Shown one piece after another: positions 59,218 through 64,000 of a stretch of 64,000 bases of DNA. Both the position numbers and the translations under genes were made by a program. The notes below the pieces were generated by a model. The model made no database searches. It was not told the origin of the DNA and saw nothing but the letters and a program-made list of their open reading frames with translations. Each line of letters opens with the position of its first letter. Positions within the stretch are counted from its first letter, which is position 1. The stretch comes from an uncultured delta proteobacterium (GTDB lineage Bacteria > Myxococcota_A > Polyangia > Fen-1088): contig CAWCMR010000025.1 of assembly GCA_963796685.1 (NCBI GenBank), forward strand, positions 928,001 through 992,000, given 5' to 3'.

Positions 59218-60143
59218 ATGCATCGAGAACGCAATTACGTCTTCGCCATCGCATCGACCTTCGTTGGATTCCTCGCCGCTGCGCCTGTGCATGCCGGGAC
59301 GGGCACGTATGGCAAGATCAACCAAAGCGACTGGCAGCAGGAGCGCAACCCCGACAGGAACCGATCAGAACACGCCCTCGAGCGGAACCACGCACCAGTC
59401 CTGGAAGAACAGTTGCTATACGGTCTATGAAACCTTCGCGTTGTCCGGTGTCGGCCACGCGGTGTCGGTGGATGGAGCCACGCTTGCCGCCTACTTCGGC
59501 ATCGGCAAGGCCGGCAACCAGGATCGAGAAACGGCGGCTTGTCCCGGTGCCGTTCCCGGCGGCGGCAGCGGCGGTGGCACGGGTGGTTCGACGGGAACGG
59601 GCGGTTCGACCGGCGCAGGGGGGGACGACCGGAGCTGGCGGGGCCAGCGACGGCGGGGCCGGCGGAACAGATGGTGGGCGTGACGCCAGCGCGCAAGGTA
59701 GCGGCGGCACGCAAGGGACCGGTGGCACCAGCTCGGACGGCGGGAGCACCGGAAGCGGTGGCGCCAGCTCTGGCGGTGGTGGCGTCCAGGGGACCGGCGG
59801 CACCAGCCCTGGCGGCGGAAGCACCGGAAGCGGTGGCGCACAAGGTGGAACCGGCGGGAGCGGCGGCAGCGGCGGCAATGGCGGCCGCACCGGCAGCAGT
59901 GGCGCATCTGAATCTGGCGGCAGCATGGGCAACAGCGGCGCATCCGCCAAGGGAGGAGGCAGCGGCGCGGGTGGAACCGGCGCGCAAGGTGGAGCCCCAG
60001 GAACCGGCGGCGGTTCGGTCGCCGAGGGAGCGACCAACAGCGGATGCAGTTGCACGGTCGGCGGCCGAGCCGAGTCCTCGGTTGTCCAGATGGCGTCGCT
60101 CCTGATCGCGCTCGGCCTACTTTACCGACGGCGCCGCGGGTAG
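59218..60143 (+). pseudogene. MYXO-CTERM protein with deleted catalytic core (esterase/PHB-depolymerase-like ends)
   Basis: Signal peptide joined out of frame near 59340 to 'TPTGTD...HQSWKNSC...GVGH'; Gly linker; 'GCSCTVGG...RRRRG'. Confidence 0.55.
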
Positions 60144-60243
60144 ATTGTCGCGGGTTGTGCTTCGCCCGTCGAGGGGCTTGGCGGGGAGCCAAGTTCGGCG
60201 GACAATGGACGCGTCCACTCTAATGAATCGGCCGGAGAACCTC

Positions 60244-61563
60244 ATGGGCAAGGCGAAGATCGTGAGCTTCATCCTACTCGGCGCTCTCCTCGGCGCGGGA
60301 TGCAGCAGTGGCAGCGACAACCGGCAAGGCAGCGGCGGCACCACCGCCGTGGGCGGCGCGCTGTCCTCTGGCGGAATCCTCGGCCAGGGCGCGTCCGGCG
60401 GCGCATCCAGCACCGGCGGTACATCAGAGCGTGGAGGCTCATCGAGCTCAAACGGTGGCGCGCCGGGCACGGGTGGCTCGAAGGGATCAGGGGGGACTGC
60501 GGCAGGTGGCGTTTCTGGGAGCGCCACGGCAGCGTGGTCCATGGGCTACTACGCCAGCTGGGCACCCGACCAATACCCCATCTCGGAGATCGAATGGTCC
60601 GGGCTGACCCATATTGCGATGGCGTTCTACCTGCCCAACCAAGACGGCTCCATGACCCTTGCTGGAGGCAACGCCAAGCTCGCGACCGATCTCATCGCGG
60701 CGGCCCATGTCCACGGCGTGAAGGCCATCGCCTCCATCGGCGGCTCCGATTCTCAGACCGCCTTCAAGCAGGCCACGGCGAGCGGAACCGCCGCCACGTT
60801 CGCGGCCAACCTCGTTTCATTGTTGACGACCGCCGGCTACGACGGCATCGACATCGACTGGGAGCCCATGGACAAAACCGACGAGCCGGCGGTGATCGAC
60901 CTTGCCAATCGCCTCCGCAAGGCCCAGCCCGGCGCGCTTCTGACCATTCCCATCGGCGAGATCAACGTCAACTTGGGTGCCGACTTGTCGGGCTTCGCCG
61001 CCATCGCTGCCGTCTACGACCAACTCAACATCATGTCCTACGGCCAGGCCGGGGCGTGGCAGGGCTGGAAGAGCTGGCACTCGAGCGCGCTCTACCAGAC
61101 CGACTCGGCCACGCCCACGTCGATCGATTCGACGGTGAAGCTCTATCTCGCGGCATCCGTCCCGGCCGCCAAGCTCGGCATCGGTATCGGCTTCTACGGC
61201 CTGTGCTATTCGTCGCCCGTGACCGGTCCCGACCAGACCCTCGACGGTTCCACGCTGGTCGCCGGCGACGGAACCATTTCCTATGCCAATATCGTGACCG
61301 AGTACTACGGCGCCGACGCCCGCCAGTGGGATTCCCTGGCCCGGGTTCCCTACCTGTCTTTCACGTCGGCGCACGCGCCGGACGGCTGCACCTACATTTC
61401 CTACGACGACGAGCAGTCCATCGCCGAGAAGGGCGCCTACGTCAAGGCCCAGGGGCTGGGCGGCGTCATCCAGTGGGAGCTTAACGAGGGCTACCTCTCG
61501 TCGGCACCGGCCGGGCAACGCAATCCCTTGCTCAAAGCCGTCTCGGCAAGCGTCCTTCACTGA
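60244..61563 (+). CDS. GH18 chitinase-like lipoprotein
   Basis: Lipobox GAGC; 'SIGG', 'YDGIDIDWE', 'MSY', 'SYDD', 'GGVIQWE'. Confidence 0.92.
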   Translation: MGKAKIVSFILLGALLGAGCSSGSDNRQGSGGTTAVGGALSSGGILGQGASGGASSTGGTSERGGSSSSNGGAPGTGGSKGSGGTAAGGVSGSATAAWSMGYYASWAPDQYPISEIEWSGLTHIAMAFYLPNQDGSMTLAGGNAKLATDLIAAAHVHGVKAIASIGGSDSQTAFKQATASGTAATFAANLVSLLTTAGYDGIDIDWEPMDKTDEPAVIDLANRLRKAQPGALLTIPIGEINVNLGADLSGFAAIAAVYDQLNIMSYGQAGAWQGWKSWHSSALYQTDSATPTSIDSTVKLYLAASVPAAKLGIGIGFYGLCYSSPVTGPDQTLDGSTLVAGDGTISYANIVTEYYGADARQWDSLARVPYLSFTSAHAPDGCTYISYDDEQSIAEKGAYVKAQGLGGVIQWELNEGYLSSAPAGQRNPLLKAVSASVLH

Positions 61564-61744
61564 GAAGCGGGCACACGCCTGCGAGCAACCGGACCGCTCG
61601 TTCCTGCTGCGCCTCCCAGACCTTGGCCGTCGTCCGCGCGCGTTGTTTGCATTTCTTGGGATTCCGCGAGGCCCCCACGCGAAGGCCGTAGGCAAACCAT
61701 CTGAGCTCGTGTGTTCTTTCACCAAAAACCAAGGAGACGAACGC

Positions 61745-62705
61745 ATGATCCGCAGAGGAACGATTCTCGCACTGTTGGGCTTGTCCACGATCATTTCCGC
61801 GCGCGCGATGGGCATGGCCAGTGCCGAGCTGTACGCCACGCAGTCCTACACATACGGGCGTTTCGAGGCTCGTATCCAGCACGCGCCGGGTGACGGCGTC
61901 GTCAGCTCCTTCTTCTTGTGGAAAGACGGATCCGAGGTCGCGGGGGCGTACTGGAACGAGCTCGATTTCGAGAAGGTCGGGGCCGACTGCAGCATGACCA
62001 CCAACGCCCGATACGGCACCGCTGCTTCGAATCACTCGAAGACCAACGCCATGCCAGGCAACAGCTGCGCGGAATATCACACCTACGGAATCGACTGGAC
62101 GCCAAGCTACATCGCGTGGTCGGTCGACGGCAGCGAATTCCGTCGCGACACGGGCGACACGGCCACGGCCTTCAGCGAGAACGCGTCGGCCGGTATGACG
62201 ATTCACTTCAACATCTGGCCCGGCAACTCCAGCTTCGGGGGAAATATCGACAACACGACCTTGCCGGTGCGCGAGTACATCGAGCTGGGTGCAGTACTCG
62301 TCGTACGACAACGGCGCGTTCCAAGTGCAGTGGCGCCAGGAGTTCCAGGATCCGGGGATCCCGACGGGCTGGGCAGTCGGTAACTGGGCCTCTGCGTACA
62401 ACCTTTCGACCCACAATCCGCAGAACGTTGGCCTCGTCGATGGCATCGCGGTATTGTCTCTGACCGCAGACGGTGCGACGGGTGACCCAGGAACCCCGCC
62501 AGCCGACGACGGCACCACCTCCATCGGCGGCACGGGCGGGTCCACGAGCTCGACGGGAGGTTCTTCGGGCGCCGGCAACGGTGGTAGCTCCGGTGGCTGC
62601 AGCGTGGAACCCGGTTCGAGAAGAGTCGGGCTTGGACCGCTTTCACTCCTTATGCTTGCGGTTTGGCCGTGGCTGCGAGTCCGGCCGAGACGGAGGCGAT
62701 CCTGA
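61745..62705 (+). CDS. GH16 glucanase with MYXO-CTERM (frameshift ~62281)
   Basis: 'YGRFEAR', 'WNELDFE', 'HTYGIDWTP'; 'GGCSV...RRRRS'. Confidence 0.88.
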
Positions 62706-64000
62706 CCCGGGCAGACCTTGATCGTCTTCGTCGCCGTGTGCTTCGGCATCCGTCGGAGGGGCAAGCGTCGTCTGACCGCGCACAACCAGCGCCACCCATG
62801 CGCGCGGCCATCCTATCCCGAACCCTCCGCCTGCGCCGCACAAGCCCGAGCACGCCGAGAATATACAGCGGGACGCCGATCGACGCAGGTCCGGAGTATC
62901 CGCCGAGGCTGCACGAGCAACCGGGAACCTGCGGTGCAAAGCCACAACTGGAATCGGCATCGAGGCCGCTGGACCCACCACTCCCCAATCCGCCGTCGAT
63001 CGATGAAGTGAAGCGGATCCAGTTCAGCCTGAAAAGGTTCCCCGTTCCGCCTTTGAAGACGAGGAAGACATCGTGAATGCCCGCGACGGCACCACTCAGT
63101 CCGGTAGCAACGGTCGTCCACGTCTCGTCGCCAGCGGCGACATCACACGTCCCGACCAGGTTGCCGTTGACGCTGTCCATTCGGATCTCGATGCTACTTC
63201 CGCCTGAGCTTGCGGATACCCGCACCTGAAACGAATCGGCTCCGGTCCCCAGATCGACCTGCTGGAACTTCAGCCAACTATCGCTCGTGATGGTGGTGAC
63301 GTCGAAGCCGTTCCCCGCATCGGTGCAGTCTTCGTAAGAGATGCCGGGCGATTTGTCGAAGTAGTTCTCGGCCTCGATCTGCTTGTTTCCATCGTAGCGC
63401 CCCACACCGTAGTCGGTCGGATACACCCTGGGAATGTCGCCGTCGTCCGTGTAGTGAATGAGCTCGAGTTTCGTCTTACGATAGAAGTCGGTAGGGTAAA
63501 GATCGTGGTAAGCGACGTACCACTGTCCGTTGAATTGAAACACGCTACCGTGCTCGTTGCCGAACTTGCAGTGCCCGATGATTGTCCCCCTATACGTATA
63601 GGGCCCCTTGAGCGAGCTGGCGACGCCATAATCAAGAGTGTCACGACAGGTGGAGCCGCATCTCGAATACAGCAGGTAGTATTTACTGCCGTACTTCCAG
63701 GCAAATGGCCCCTCCATGTATCCTTCTGACCCCGAGATCGTAATCTTCTGGGGTGAGGTCTTGAACGACTTCATGTCATCGTTCAGTTGGGCAATGTAGC
63801 AGCCGCCATTGCCCCAGATGAGATAGCGCGAGCCATCGCTGTCCTGGATCGCCATCGGATCGATGTTGTAGATCGGTGCCGTGGAGCTGTCGACCAGCGC
63901 CTTTCCGAGGATGTCGGTGAACGGGCCCGCCGCCGAGGCACCTGAGGCCACGCCAATGGTGCCGTCGCCGAGCGGGAAGTAGAAGTAGTACTGGCCGTTG
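62650..64000 (-). CDS. GH43 + CBM6 + MYXO-CTERM (5' end outside the window)
   Basis: 'IDP', 'EGP', 'NEHG', 'IEAENY', 'FRLNWIRF', 'GCSCSLGG...RRRRR'. Confidence 0.88.
   Translation of the reverse strand, partial: NGQYYFYFPLGDGTIGVASGASAAGPFTDILGKALVDSSTAPIYNIDPMAIQDSDGSRYLIWGNGGCYIAQLNDDMKSFKTSPQKITISGSEGYMEGPFAWKYGSKYYLLYSRCGSTCRDTLDYGVASSLKGPYTYRGTIIGHCKFGNEHGSVFQFNGQWYVAYHDLYPTDFYRKTKLELIHYTDDGDIPRVYPTDYGVGRYDGNKQIEAENYFDKSPGISYEDCTDAGNGFDVTTITSDSWLKFQQVDLGTGADSFQVRVSASSGGSSIEIRMDSVNGNLVGTCDVAAGDETWTTVATGLSGAVAGIHDVFLVFKGGTGNLFRLNWIRFTSSIDGGLGSGGSSGLDADSSCGFAPQVPGCSCSLGGYSGPASIGVPLYILGVLGLVRRRRRVRDRMAARMGGAGCARSDDACPSDGCRSTRRRRRSRSARVRIASVSAGLAATAKPQA

Noticed and set aside
1-64000. tRNA, rRNA, riboswitches, sigma-54 promoters
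   Set aside because: None recognisable by eye; TGGCACG at ~43804 lacks the -12 TTGC element.

Overview
High-GC DNA, most likely from a myxobacterium (Myxococcota). This is inferred from MYXO-CTERM tails, Gly/Ser/Thr-rich lipoprotein linkers and Cys-rich repeats. 1-12 kb is core-like: HDOD, a REP mosaic, cpoB with a Cys-rich Pal-like gene, DedA, a DUF4159/GATase-like pair, a GT-C-like membrane protein, a MotB-like gene and leuB. Downstream of leuB, pieces of leuB recur at 23.6, 31.5 and 39.9 kb and separate cargo blocks. Block 1 is a defence island: IetAS, a small gene followed by a 22-bp-period palindromic array, an MmeI-like methyltransferase with an apparently degenerate nuclease motif, and a Zn-ribbon/SF2-helicase/Rrp8-like methyltransferase fusion. 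That last gene pair is the best candidate for an undescribed system. Block 2 is a DUF2169/PAAR-like cassette between IS91-like remnants, plus a GH8. Block 3 holds lipoproteins, many gene fragments and a HipBST-like module with phased operators. 44-55 kb is a contact-warfare-like cluster (OmpA, LysM/PG-binding, pentapeptide, large metallophosphoesterase, tandem duplicated immunity-like genes). The window ends with PLD and secreted CAZymes. Many single-base frameshifts look like long-read errors. All family calls come from motif recognition by eye; no database searches were run.
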